A stretch of 64,000 nt of DNA from Candidatus Subterrananammoxibius californiae (GCA_030586555.1 JAURAC010000004.1:37800-101799); one strand, 5' to 3'. Positions 16,868 to 26,351 are shown, numbered from the stretch's first letter. A program made the numbers and translations. Notes: a model not told the origin generated them from the letters alone.

Positions 16868-17461
16868 ATGCAGGATAAGATATTTTCCAAGTTCAATATA
16901 TACGATCAAATAGGTTATTTAATGGTAGGCGGTATAGGCCTCCTTGTAGTCATTGTAGACTTTCGTTTTCTTAATATTTCAAGCCTCCTTCCCCAGTTTA
17001 ATACACAAACTTTTATTGCCTGGTTTCTATTCGCATATTTTCTTGGTCACATACTACAAGCAATTTCAAATTTCTTAGTTATAGAAAATAAGTCAGAATT
17101 TTCCGCTTCTGAAGAAGAAATTTTAATTAAAGCCAAAGAGTACTTTGGTCTTGAAAAGCAATCCTCAGAAGAACTATATAAATATTGCTATATGCTATCT
17201 TCGGCAAAGGACATTACGGGACAAGTGCAATCCTTTAATGCTTACTATAGTCTTTACCGCGGCTGGTTTATAATTTTTACATTTGAATCAGTATTTCTCT
17301 TGGTATTTGTTATAGCAAATTGGTTTAGTTGGCATTTTATATCACTTGTTCTATCAATTTTATTGGCAATTTTATTTTTTATAAGGTTGAAACGGTTTTA
17401 TAATTATTCAAGAGCTAAAACATTGCAAACGTTTATCTTATTAACGAAGTTAGGACTATGA
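16868..17461 (+). CDS. Four-TM membrane protein of unknown function (first gene of the island)
   Basis: 197-aa ORF with two hydrophobic helices at the N-terminus, a ~60-aa soluble helical insert and two helices at the C-terminus. Very AT-rich. ATGA overlap with the next gene. Confidence 0.6.
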   Translation: MQDKIFSKFNIYDQIGYLMVGGIGLLVVIVDFRFLNISSLLPQFNTQTFIAWFLFAYFLGHILQAISNFLVIENKSEFSASEEEILIKAKEYFGLEKQSSEELYKYCYMLSSAKDITGQVQSFNAYYSLYRGWFIIFTFESVFLLVFVIANWFSWHFISLVLSILLAILFFIRLKRFYNYSRAKTLQTFILLTKLGL

Positions 17462-18852
17462 TTAAATTTCATTTCTTAAATGTAGGACATGGAGATACAA
17501 CAATAATTGAACTTCCAGACGATGAGTTAATGCTGGTTGATTTTAACCGCGATATTGAATTTGATGATGAAACTGCCAAAGAATTGGCAGAAATATACAA
17601 AATAGATTTTAACAAATTAGAAAAGAGTAAAAAATATTATTCTGAGATATCAAAGTATTATAATATATTACTTGATGATTCGCTGACCTATTTAAAAGAA
17701 AATTTTGAGGATAAAAACATTTTTAGGTATATTCAGACTCACCCTGATATTGATCATCTTGCTGGTTTTAAAGCATTAACCGAAAATTTTTCGATTGTTG
17801 ATTTCTGGGATACAGACCATGAAAATATTGAGAAAACCGACTTTAAAAATGATTCAGATGAAGAGGATTGGAAACACTATCTTGAATTCAGGAAAAACAA
17901 AAAGAAAATATATTATAGATCATCAAATAAAATTAGTAGTAATGATCAAACTTATCCATACAAAATATACGTGTTTCATCCAACAAGGGAAGCTTTAGTA
18001 GATGGAGATTCAAAAGAAAATCCCCAACCAAATTTTTTTAGTTACTTAATTTTAATTGATTACAATGGATTTAAGACTGTTTTAGGTGGTGATGTTACAG
18101 AAAAATATTGGAAAGATTTATGGGAATGGTTAGAAGATAACGAATCGGCTAAACAGTTGTTTAAAGACATTCATGTTCTTAAAGCTTCTCATCATGGAAG
18201 AAAATCTGGACGGTGTGGATGGGAAGAAAAGAAGATCTATAAAAGAGATTTTCTAAATTGGATGAATCCTGAAAACGTTATTATTTCTGTAGGCAAAAAA
18301 CCGGAAAATTGCGATGCAACAGAATGGTATAGAAAAAAGTCAGATGGTTCAAGCAGGAACGTGCTGACGACTAGATGGTATGGAACAGTTTGGTCTTCGT
18401 ATGATGGCACAACTCCATTCGATAAAGAAAAGATCAAAATAGAAACAAGGTATGACAGAAAAGATAGTGAAGACCACATAAAACAGTTAGCTATACCTAT
18501 AAAGGAGTCAGGCTACACATTTAAAATTGGGGCTCAAAGATGTGCCTTGAAATCCGGTCCTTTTAGAGAGGAATATAAAAAAGGAGGGAGGGCACTAACA
18601 AAAAATATGTGGCTAAAGTTTTATGTCAAAAAAACTGATATACCAGAGCCATTTGAGGTTAAATGGAGGGTTGTTAATACAGGAGAAGAGGCAAGGCTTG
18701 CGGAAGATTTAAGGGGTAGAATTGAAGATGATAAAGGGTTTAAGGCTAAGAGAGAGCAAACAAAATATAAAGGAACGCATTTTATGGATTGTTTTGCCAT
18801 AAAAGATGGAGTTTGTGTAGCAAAAGACAGGTTTTATGTTAATATAAAGTAA
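17458..18852 (+). CDS. ComEC-like metallo-beta-lactamase-fold hydrolase with an extra ~115-aa C-terminal domain
   Basis: FHFLNVGHGDTTIIELPDDELMLVDF, THPDIDHLAGF (HxHxDH variant) and ASHHGRKSG resemble the ComEC/Rec2 MBL domain. The C-terminus carries FEVKWRVVNTGEEARLAEDLRGRI...GTHFMDCFAIKDGVCVAKD. Confidence 0.7.
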   Translation: MIKFHFLNVGHGDTTIIELPDDELMLVDFNRDIEFDDETAKELAEIYKIDFNKLEKSKKYYSEISKYYNILLDDSLTYLKENFEDKNIFRYIQTHPDIDHLAGFKALTENFSIVDFWDTDHENIEKTDFKNDSDEEDWKHYLEFRKNKKKIYYRSSNKISSNDQTYPYKIYVFHPTREALVDGDSKENPQPNFFSYLILIDYNGFKTVLGGDVTEKYWKDLWEWLEDNESAKQLFKDIHVLKASHHGRKSGRCGWEEKKIYKRDFLNWMNPENVIISVGKKPENCDATEWYRKKSDGSSRNVLTTRWYGTVWSSYDGTTPFDKEKIKIETRYDRKDSEDHIKQLAIPIKESGYTFKIGAQRCALKSGPFREEYKKGGRALTKNMWLKFYVKKTDIPEPFEVKWRVVNTGEEARLAEDLRGRIEDDKGFKAKREQTKYKGTHFMDCFAIKDGVCVAKDRFYVNIK

Positions 18853-19157
18853 ACTTTATCTATTGTTGTTTCATCCATCAAACGTCAAAGATTGCTTTAT
18901 AATGGTTTAATCTTTAATGATTTTAAAAAAGGCATCTATACCCGTACTTTGCATACCATAGTTAGGGGTAACTAAAGTGAAGCCGGATACGTTGTTTTTG
19001 GGGAAGCTGTGATACTATAAACGAACTACATTACCTTCTAAATCCACGAAATAAACAAGGGCCCACTATGGTTCTTTTCTCTGAACTCGAAGTGCCACTT
19101 TTTCAATCGGCCAAGTCTTATTTTTCCTCATTGCTGTCCAAAATAATTCAAAAGGCG

Positions 19158-19213
19158 AAAAGGGGACAGATTTATTTTTGAATCCCTCTCCTCTTAAAAG
19201 AGAATCTGGACAC
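19158..19213. repeat. Right copy of the composite repeat flanking the AT-rich island (inverted X abutting direct A)
   Basis: aaaaggggacagatttattt (19158-19177) is the inverse of X. ttgaatccctctcctcttaaaagagaatctggacac (19178-19213) matches A at 33 of 36 positions. Confidence 0.8.
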
Positions 19214-19222
19214 AAAATTTAG

Positions 19223-19250
19223 TTCATAGCTCATGGCTCATAGTTCTTAG
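19223..19250. repeat. Heptamer tandem repeat, 4 copies (ttcatag ctcatgg ctcatag ttcttag)
   Basis: Read directly; intergenic. Confidence 0.8.
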
Positions 19251-19393
19251 TTTGAATATATCTCCCAAAAGTTCGTACTCTTTTGCACACCCTTTAGTCA
19301 CCTTTCATATTTGAACGCATGCATACCCTTGCCCCAAATCACTAAATTCTTACGTCACACCAATTTGAATCAATTGACCATGTCTCAATTTTC

Positions 19394-19409
19394 TGGCATT
19401 TTATTTGCT
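19394..19409 (+). promoter_or_regulatory. Sigma-54 (-24/-12) promoter candidate
   Basis: TGGCATTTTATTTGCT fits TGGCAC-N5-TTGCW with correct GG-N10-GC spacing. It lies ~50 nt upstream of the ATG at 19462. Confidence 0.6.
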
Positions 19410-19461
19410 TTCTTGAATTAACACAGTATAATTCTTTGCATTGACAACGGGAGAATTCTTT

Positions 19462-20307
19462 ATGACACCAAGCATAATCTTAAAAGCTATCTTCTTCTTC
19501 ATGGGCGCCGTACTGATTATTGCAATGACTACTACCACTGTTTATTCCGCTCCACCACAGTACTGGGAGGTTCAAGATATTTTCTATAGCTATTGCACGC
19601 GGTGTCATTACAGCGAAGGGGCGGGGGACCTTGAGGCTGGGCTTGTGCTGAACTCTTATCAAGAGCTTATGGAGGGCGACAGCAAGCACGGTCCTGTCGT
19701 TACCCCTGGGAATGCCGATGACAGCATATTAATACAAAAGATAGGATCAAATCCACCATTTGGCGCAAGGATGCCTTATAGCGGGGCTTACTTGAGCGAA
19801 GAGCAGATTAACACAATCAGGGATTGGATAAATGCAGGGGCTAACGGACCCACTCAAAAACGAATCGTAAAAAAGGTAGTGGCTTATCCAAGAGGCAATA
19901 TCATAAATATGAACAAGAGCGCCTGCGAAATAATTAAGCCTGTTGATGGAAATATAATAAAGATAAGGATGGGAACACGGGTGTTCTTTAAGACAGGCTA
20001 TGGATTTATATGGGCTGCAAATGCTCAAGGCTTGGCAAGATGCGAAATGAAGCTCTATATCAAGGAAGGGGACGTTTGGGTTCTTAAAGGTAATTCACCC
20101 ATTCTCAAAAAACAATCGTGGGGACCCAATCTAATGTCTTCTCCAATACACAGGTTCTCAAAAGTATTTGGGGTCTGGCAGAAATTCAATACGCCGGGAA
20201 CCTATGAGGTAAAGGCAGAGATATTTGCCTCTACAAAAGCAAAACTTGAACTCTCCCCACGGGATGCATTTTCTGAGGTCTTGTTGACGGTAATTGTTTC
20301 GCCATAA
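19462..20307 (+). CDS. Secreted protein with a Planctomycete-type cytochrome c domain (PSCyt1-like) plus a C-terminal beta-rich domain
   Basis: Signal-like N-terminus. CTRCH haem motif followed by GLVLNSYQELMEGDSKHGPVVTPGNADDSILIQKI...MP. Start moved to the ATG at 19462 (gggag RBS); the ORF track begins at a TTG at 19441. Confidence 0.65.
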   Translation: MTPSIILKAIFFFMGAVLIIAMTTTTVYSAPPQYWEVQDIFYSYCTRCHYSEGAGDLEAGLVLNSYQELMEGDSKHGPVVTPGNADDSILIQKIGSNPPFGARMPYSGAYLSEEQINTIRDWINAGANGPTQKRIVKKVVAYPRGNIINMNKSACEIIKPVDGNIIKIRMGTRVFFKTGYGFIWAANAQGLARCEMKLYIKEGDVWVLKGNSPILKKQSWGPNLMSSPIHRFSKVFGVWQKFNTPGTYEVKAEIFASTKAKLELSPRDAFSEVLLTVIVSP

Positions 20308-20323
20308 AACAGGAGATTCAAAC

Positions 20324-20950
20324 ATGACCAATTTGTCTTGCTTTGCACGGATAAACACAGTTTATCCGTGCCACCCTTTACCCCACCCAGAACCCAGGGT
20401 GGCATGGACAAATTCATTTGTCCGTGCCGTTCCCTGTGTAATAATTCTATTCTTTTCATCCGTATTCTTACAAGTCGGGGATAATTTTGCGGCAGGCGGC
20501 TGCCACTGGTGGGATACTGGTATTTATGAAGTGGGAGCGGGACGTTTGTGTATAATAAGCAATACGGAAGGTTCTGCCGAGAACTTCGCACAGGGAGATA
20601 CGTCAGGCAGATGCGGTCCCATAAAGGTAAATAAGGGGAGTACCGTTGCCTTTAAGTCTGGATTTGGGTACGAGATGGTATGGTATAGCAACGCCACAGG
20701 CACACAATCATTAAGTGTAACGGTAGAGCTTTCCAGAGATGGGCAAAACTGGGAGTCTTACGACTCAACGGAACACCGCTATTTTGAGACAGGACCAAAA
20801 ATTCATGCTAACAGTGTTGACGTCTGGGTAGAATTCAACGAGGTCGGCACTGTCTACGTCAAAACAATCCTCACCGCCGTATCTCATCCCGTTGACGGGG
20901 CTGAACAGCAGGTTATAGATGAGGTCATTACAGAGGTTAATGTGGATTAA
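20324..20950 (+). CDS. Hypothetical secreted protein; its C-terminal domain is paralogous to that of the preceding gene
   Basis: aggag RBS 8 nt before the ATG at 20324. The VNKGSTVAFKSGFGYEMVW region resembles IRMGTRVFFKTGYGFIWAA in 19462..20307. The N-terminal ~35 codons are repeat-derived, so the start is uncertain. Confidence 0.45.
   Translation: MTNLSCFARINTVYPCHPLPHPEPRVAWTNSFVRAVPCVIILFFSSVFLQVGDNFAAGGCHWWDTGIYEVGAGRLCIISNTEGSAENFAQGDTSGRCGPIKVNKGSTVAFKSGFGYEMVWYSNATGTQSLSVTVELSRDGQNWESYDSTEHRYFETGPKIHANSVDVWVEFNEVGTVYVKTILTAVSHPVDGAEQQVIDEVITEVNVD
20345..20427. repeat. Two inverted copies of the 31-nt hairpin element, 20 nt apart
   Basis: gcacggataaacacagtttatccgtgccaccc (20345-20376) and gggtggcatggacaaattcatttgtccgtgc (20397-20427). 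Confidence 0.85.
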
Positions 20951-20975
20951 CCTGTTAGAAGACAGAAGGGAAAAA

Positions 20976-23633
20976 ATGAAGAAGAAAAAGAAGATGTTTT
21001 ATGGATTTGCGTTTAGTATGATTTTGCTATTTGCCTTAACTCATAATAGTGGTTATGCTAACTGGGAATCCCATGGTATTGGTGGAGGCGGCGCACTGTA
21101 TTCAGCTTCAATAAGCCCACACGACCCACAGGTTATCTACATCGCCTCCGACATGACAGGAGTCTACCACACCGCCAATTTCGGCATTAGCTGGGAGACT
21201 ATTGACTTTAAGCAGCTTCAGGGTGGTATTGATACCAATGTTTGCTTTACCTCAGACCCATCCATCCTCTACGCCCTGCAAGTCACGGGAGACGATGCAC
21301 GCAGGCCAGCGAAAAGCATAGATGGAGGCGCAACATGGACGCCTCTACCTAATGACCCTACTTATGGAGAGACATTTTCACTCCGCGCTGACCCTAACTC
21401 AACCGAGCATCTTTTTGTGACAACATGGACTAAACTATACTTTTCAAGCGACGGCGGGGCAAGCTTCGATTTGGTTTATACTACCTCAAACTATGACGGC
21501 GGTTTGCACATCGCAGGCGTATTCTGGGATGGAAACAACATCTTCATAGGAACTCAGGACGGCCTACTTATCTCATCAAATGGAGGCACCAGCTTTGCCC
21601 TCTCCCCATACAATGGTATCCCATCTGGCGAGTATGTAGTCTCGTTTGCCAGCGCCAAGGAGGGAAGCGCCATTCGCTTTTTTGTCGTTACCTATGATAG
21701 CGTCTTCGCTGGCATTACAGGCGGCGAGGTATGGAATTATAAAAACGTCTATCGCCTTGATTGGGGACAAGGTAACTGGACTAAAAAGATTAACGGCATC
21801 CAGGATTGCGACCACCCTTTCTTTGTTGGTATGACCCTCAATGATGTGGACGTCGCTTACTTAGCAGGAGCCGCCATATATCCATGCTTTGGACCCATTG
21901 TCTATAAAACAACCGATGGCGGTAACACATGGAATAGCATTTTCTTGACCGACAACAACCAGAATATCGCAACCGGCTGGAGCGGCGATGGCGGCGACGA
22001 AGACTGGTGGTATGGCGAATATGTGCTGGGCTTTTCGGTATGCCCCAATAATTCAAACCGCGTCATCATTACCGACCTGGGTTTTGCACACGTAACAGAC
22101 GACGGCGGTGCCAACTGGCGACAGGCATACGTTGAACCCGCTTACGAGAACCCTGCAGGTAGCCCCACGCCTAAGGGTAGGTACTACCATGGCAATGGCT
22201 TAGAGGACACAAGTTCCTGGTGGCTTCACTGGACAGGTCAGAGTACAATAATTGCCGGCTTCTCCGACATCAATGGAACCCGAAGCGGCGATAATGGCAA
22301 TACATGGGCTGCTGGCTCGAGTCTTGGCTTACCACACAATAGTACATACTGCATCATCGGGCACCCAACAAACGGTAAGCTCTACGCTGCGACCTCATCG
22401 GTGCATGACTTATATGAAAGCACTTACCTGCAAGACAGCCGAATCAACGGAGGGACAGGTTCATTGGTCATGTCAGACGACGAGGGCCAGACCTGGCAAA
22501 CCCTCAAGAACTTTAGTCATCCTGTAATCTGGCTTGCCATCAATCCAAATGACACAGAAACCATGTACGCCAGTGTGGTTCATAGCACCCTGGGAGGAAT
22601 TTACGTTACACACAATCTTAGCGACGGTGCCTCTGCAACATGGACCAAGCTGGGCAACCCACCCCGAACCGAAGGTCATCCTTATAACATTCATGTATTG
22701 AATGACGGCGCACTGGTGGCAACTTACTCAGGCAGGCGCAATACATCTGGCGCCTTTACTGAGAGTTCCGGGGTATTCATCAGCACTAATGGCGGCAATA
22801 CGTGGCTGGACCGTAGCGACACAGGCATGAGGCGATGGACCAAGGACATTGTTATAGACCCCAACGACCCGAATCAGAACACCTGGTACGTAGCTGTATT
22901 TAGCCACTGGGGAAGCTATCCAAATGAGGTCGGAGGCATTTACCGAACAACCAATCGGGGCCAGAGCTGGATGCGCATCAGCGATTCCTATAGAGTGGAG
23001 TCTGCTGCGATTCATCCGGATAACCCCAATGTCTTATACTTTTCCACCGAGACTGAGGGCTTGTGGCGCACTGATAATCTAAATGATACCTATCCAACGT
23101 TTACCCAGGTGGGAGATTACCCGTTCCGACACCCGGTTCGCATCTTCTTCAATCCCTTAAACCACAACGAGATTTGGGTAACCAATTTCGGTGGCGGGCT
23201 ATGGGTGTACACAGAGGATGGGGGAACCACCACAACTATATCTACTACAACAACCACAACGCTGACGCCAGTAACCACCACCACCACTACTACTACTATT
23301 ACTACTACTACAAGTACAACCACAACAACGCTGGCAAAGATATGCCGCACATGTCCTACTATGTTTTATGTAAAAAAGGGCAAGACTAAATGCAAGCCAT
23401 TCTGGATATGGAATTGTGGGGGAGGAACGTTGAGTTGGACGGTTAGCAAGGATTGCAACTGGCTGACGCTCAGTCCGTCAAATGGAACGTCCACAGGAGA
23501 GGATATTAGAGTAACGGCTTGCGTTAATACTGCCGGTATGGTTAAGGGCGATTATCAATGTACCGTGACCATCACTGGAGAGGGTGCATCAAACTCTCCG
23601 CTGAAGTGCATAATCAGGTTGACGGTTAAATAA
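20976..23633 (+). CDS. Secreted BNR/sortilin-type beta-propeller protein (GH74-like) with a poly-Thr linker and a BACON-like C-terminal domain
   Basis: Signal peptide MKKKKKMFYGFAFSMILLFAL. Nine or more SxDxGxTW BNR motifs (SIDGGATW, TTDGGNTW, SDDEGQTW, STNGGNTW...). [36 protein letters not shown] linker. The Cys-rich ...GGTLSWTVSKDCNWLTLSPSNGTSTGE domain follows. Confidence 0.7.
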   Translation: MKKKKKMFYGFAFSMILLFALTHNSGYANWESHGIGGGGALYSASISPHDPQVIYIASDMTGVYHTANFGISWETIDFKQLQGGIDTNVCFTSDPSILYALQVTGDDARRPAKSIDGGATWTPLPNDPTYGETFSLRADPNSTEHLFVTTWTKLYFSSDGGASFDLVYTTSNYDGGLHIAGVFWDGNNIFIGTQDGLLISSNGGTSFALSPYNGIPSGEYVVSFASAKEGSAIRFFVVTYDSVFAGITGGEVWNYKNVYRLDWGQGNWTKKINGIQDCDHPFFVGMTLNDVDVAYLAGAAIYPCFGPIVYKTTDGGNTWNSIFLTDNNQNIATGWSGDGGDEDWWYGEYVLGFSVCPNNSNRVIITDLGFAHVTDDGGANWRQAYVEPAYENPAGSPTPKGRYYHGNGLEDTSSWWLHWTGQSTIIAGFSDINGTRSGDNGNTWAAGSSLGLPHNSTYCIIGHPTNGKLYAATSSVHDLYESTYLQDSRINGGTGSLVMSDDEGQTWQTLKNFSHPVIWLAINPNDTETMYASVVHSTLGGIYVTHNLSDGASATWTKLGNPPRTEGHPYNIHVLNDGALVATYSGRRNTSGAFTESSGVFISTNGGNTWLDRSDTGMRRWTKDIVIDPNDPNQNTWYVAVFSHWGSYPNEVGGIYRTTNRGQSWMRISDSYRVESAAIHPDNPNVLYFSTETEGLWRTDNLNDTYPTFTQVGDYPFRHPVRIFFNPLNHNEIWVTNFGGGLWVYTEDGGTTTTISTTTTTTLTPVTTTTTTTTITTTTSTTTTTLAKICRTCPTMFYVKKGKTKCKPFWIWNCGGGTLSWTVSKDCNWLTLSPSNGTSTGEDIRVTACVNTAGMVKGDYQCTVTITGEGASNSPLKCIIRLTVK

Positions 23634-25336
23634 TGAAAAGCACTACCCAACAGAAACAATTAATTGTGTTGCTATTATTCATGTTCATTGCTTGTGCCAG
23701 CATACCTCCTTGTGGTGTGGTTCGCGCTGACGGTGTTACTGACCCAACCCAGATTCTTACCCCGGCTCCATTGCCCCTGCAACCTGTGGGTACTCCCTTC
23801 ATGGACCCGGTCTTCGATACTTCTCTGCGCCGCGTCTCCAATACCAGCGATAGTGGAGGTTTTGAAACCCAAACTTATTCCCAACTCCAGGCATTCTCAT
23901 CTGACAATGCCTACATACTGTTAAGTGGCTCAAACGGCTACGTCATCCGTCGTTTGAGCGACCTCAGTCTGGTAGCAGGTCTGGACACCTCAGAGTGGAA
24001 TGCTCCTCGCTGGCACCCTGTCATGTCCCACACCCTCGTCCACTTTGACAGTAACGCTGACACAACCATCCGTCTTCAATTCACGGACGTGGATACATTT
24101 ACCACTACCACAGTTTTCACCTTTCCATCTCAATACAATTACATACTGGTCAATCAATCCTTTGACGAAATTTCGGAGGATGGACGGTGGCTGGCTGGAA
24201 TGGTCATCCGTAACGACAGGAAAAGGGTCATCTTTGCACTGGATGTTCAGAATGGCGTCCTGACGGTGGAGTTGCCAATCTCTGATTTATATGCCGGCGA
24301 CTGCCAGCCTGACCCAGAGTGGGGTGAGGTCGAGCCGGACTGGGTGGGGGTCTCGCCGTTAGGCAGATACCTGGTAGTACAATGGAAGCGTGACGGCATC
24401 ACCCGATGTAGTGGTATGGAAACCTTCGACCTGCAAACAGGCAATTTCGTAGGGCGCGTATACGATGGTCACCAGCACGGCGACCTTGGTATAGATTCTG
24501 ACGGTACTACAGAGTTCTTCATGACATTCGAGATGTCTTCAACCTTTGATAACAATCGCCCCGCAATCGGCATGCGTGAACTACCCGGCACGCCCACCGT
24601 CAGTCAGCCCTCTTACTTGCAGGTGTTGGACTGGGGAAATGCCGGCCATATTTCTTGCCGGGGTCCCAACGGTGTAGGCCTTATATCATGCAATGGTTGG
24701 AATGTTAATGGCTGGAATCCTTTTGAGAGGGAACTCTTCCTTCAATACACAGACGGTTCCGTCCTGCGACTCGCCCACCATCGTTCCAGCAGTTGCGGTT
24801 ACTGGGTTCAACCACGTGCAAGCATTTCACGCGATGGCCGCTATATAGTCTTCACCTCCGATTGGGGACAGGAAACGGGAATGAACAGTTGCAACGTCTG
24901 GAATGACCCACTGGGAGCAGGTGACCCGTACATTATTGACCTTGGAGATAATGCCACGGGCAGCACAACAACTACCACTACAACTACGACTATAAGTACA
25001 ACAACTTCTTCAACTATTACAACGACGTCTACTACGACTACAACCGTTGTATGCCAGTGTCCTGCCGATAGTTCTAAGGGATGTATATCAGGCACTGTGA
25101 AAAATCGTACAGGTAACCCGCTTGCAAAAAAGACCGTAAGACTAAAGAGAATATCCCCGAAAAAACCTTATGCCGCAATGAATGTTGTAACAGGTAACGA
25201 CGGTTGCTATCGCTTCACCAATCTTAAGAACGGCACATACGAGATAAAGGTAAATAGTTGCAATGGTGGGGGCACAAAAACTGTAGATGTCACTGCTGGT
25301 GGTAAGGTAAATGATGTGAATTTTCAGTGCAGATAG
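23633..25336 (+). CDS. Secreted protein with a poly-Thr linker and a carboxypeptidase-regulatory-like C-terminal domain
   Basis: 567-aa ORF with a signal-like N-terminus and a [29 protein letters not shown] linker. The C-terminal CISGTVKNRTGNPLAKKTVRL...NDGCYRFTNLKNGTYEIKV is the CarboxypepD_reg pattern. 1-nt overlap with the previous gene. Confidence 0.6.
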   Translation: MKSTTQQKQLIVLLLFMFIACASIPPCGVVRADGVTDPTQILTPAPLPLQPVGTPFMDPVFDTSLRRVSNTSDSGGFETQTYSQLQAFSSDNAYILLSGSNGYVIRRLSDLSLVAGLDTSEWNAPRWHPVMSHTLVHFDSNADTTIRLQFTDVDTFTTTTVFTFPSQYNYILVNQSFDEISEDGRWLAGMVIRNDRKRVIFALDVQNGVLTVELPISDLYAGDCQPDPEWGEVEPDWVGVSPLGRYLVVQWKRDGITRCSGMETFDLQTGNFVGRVYDGHQHGDLGIDSDGTTEFFMTFEMSSTFDNNRPAIGMRELPGTPTVSQPSYLQVLDWGNAGHISCRGPNGVGLISCNGWNVNGWNPFERELFLQYTDGSVLRLAHHRSSSCGYWVQPRASISRDGRYIVFTSDWGQETGMNSCNVWNDPLGAGDPYIIDLGDNATGSTTTTTTTTTISTTTSSTITTTSTTTTTVVCQCPADSSKGCISGTVKNRTGNPLAKKTVRLKRISPKKPYAAMNVVTGNDGCYRFTNLKNGTYEIKVNSCNGGGTKTVDVTAGGKVNDVNFQCR

Positions 25337-25596
25337 TTAGCTTTGTCTTTCCGGAGTTAAAAGTAAGTTTACGTGGTATAACGTTGGCTGACACGGTTTT
25401 ACTCGTGGAATTTGTTATGATGATGTCTTGCAGAAAAGGGTGTAGTTTCGCAATCGGGACAGAGTATTAAATGAAATTTTTCATCCTCGATCTGCTCTGC
25501 AATGACGGGGTGAAGCTCTACCCATGTACCAAACTTGCGTATCTTATTACATCTGGAGCATCGTATGACCAACCATATCCTCCGTAACCAGAACTA

Positions 25597-26292
25597 CTAC
25601 TGATGTAAGTAAGGTTGCGCAACAATCCTGTGCCGGGCGCCAAGCTGGGGTGTTACGGGTTTGGGAACGTATCCAATATCTCCTTTTGATTCCGACGTCC
25701 ATAGAGCTGTATAGCTCGTCGCGCTCCAAACCGGGACAATGTTAAACTCCAGATGCACTATGCCACCTGTACCTGGAAGAAAGTCACTTAGAAGATAACC
25801 GCCGAGCGGTTTAAATATAGCTCCACCGGCACCGATATTTACGCCAATAATTCCATCAATGGTTAAACCTCCAAAATTTCCGCCTAAGGCAAGTGCTCCG
25901 ACGCTATCCAATATCTCCACATCGAATCCTGTAGGGTTAGGATTAGCGCCGCCCGTAGTGACAAAGTCAGCATGTATCAGTCCCGGGGTAACAGTAACAC
26001 CACTTAGGGTCGCAAAGATTGATACACTTCCACCAACAATAAGGGGACCAGCAATAGTGCCTGGTGTAAAGGAGACTATACTACCAGTCATTGAAAGCAA
26101 TCCAGTTGCAGGTGTAAATGTGGTGATTCCATTTACGGGGCCCGAGGGAGAAGAGTCCCATCGTATAATAGGCGCTGTTATTGTGGGTGAGATAGTATGT
26201 GCAAAAAGATAGGTAAAAGGGGTGATATAACTCAAGGCAATAATTGCCGTGAGCGCTGAGATAAGCCGCAGTGATTTGTAAACAACCCGCAT
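25597..26292 (-). CDS. Paralogue of the PEP-CTERM protein 26513..27277 with a frameshifted, lost PEP-CTERM anchor
   Basis: Roughly 70% identical by eye to the neighbour over the mature region. It ends VPKPVTPQLGARHRIVAQPYLHQ*, but a +1 frame gives ...SLAPGTGLLRN..., matching the neighbour's ALLGTGLFGF. ATG at 26292 preferred over TTG at 26307. Confidence 0.6.
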   Translation of the reverse strand: MRVVYKSLRLISALTAIIALSYITPFTYLFAHTISPTITAPIIRWDSSPSGPVNGITTFTPATGLLSMTGSIVSFTPGTIAGPLIVGGSVSIFATLSGVTVTPGLIHADFVTTGGANPNPTGFDVEILDSVGALALGGNFGGLTIDGIIGVNIGAGGAIFKPLGGYLLSDFLPGTGGIVHLEFNIVPVWSATSYTALWTSESKGDIGYVPKPVTPQLGARHRIVAQPYLHQ

Positions 26293-26351
26293 GTTAGTTA
26301 ATATCAAGTAATATTCCTTTTTGTTTCACAAAGGCTCTATCTTTTTGGAAC

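Noticed and set aside
18853-19157. Possible gene remnants in the 300-nt spacer after the MBL gene (for example minus-strand MRKNKTWPIEKVALRVQRKEP* followed by ..ALVYFVDLEGNVVRL*)
   Set aside because: The fragments are short, broken, and not assignable to any family by eye. I mention them only as a place to look for a decayed recombinase or toxin.
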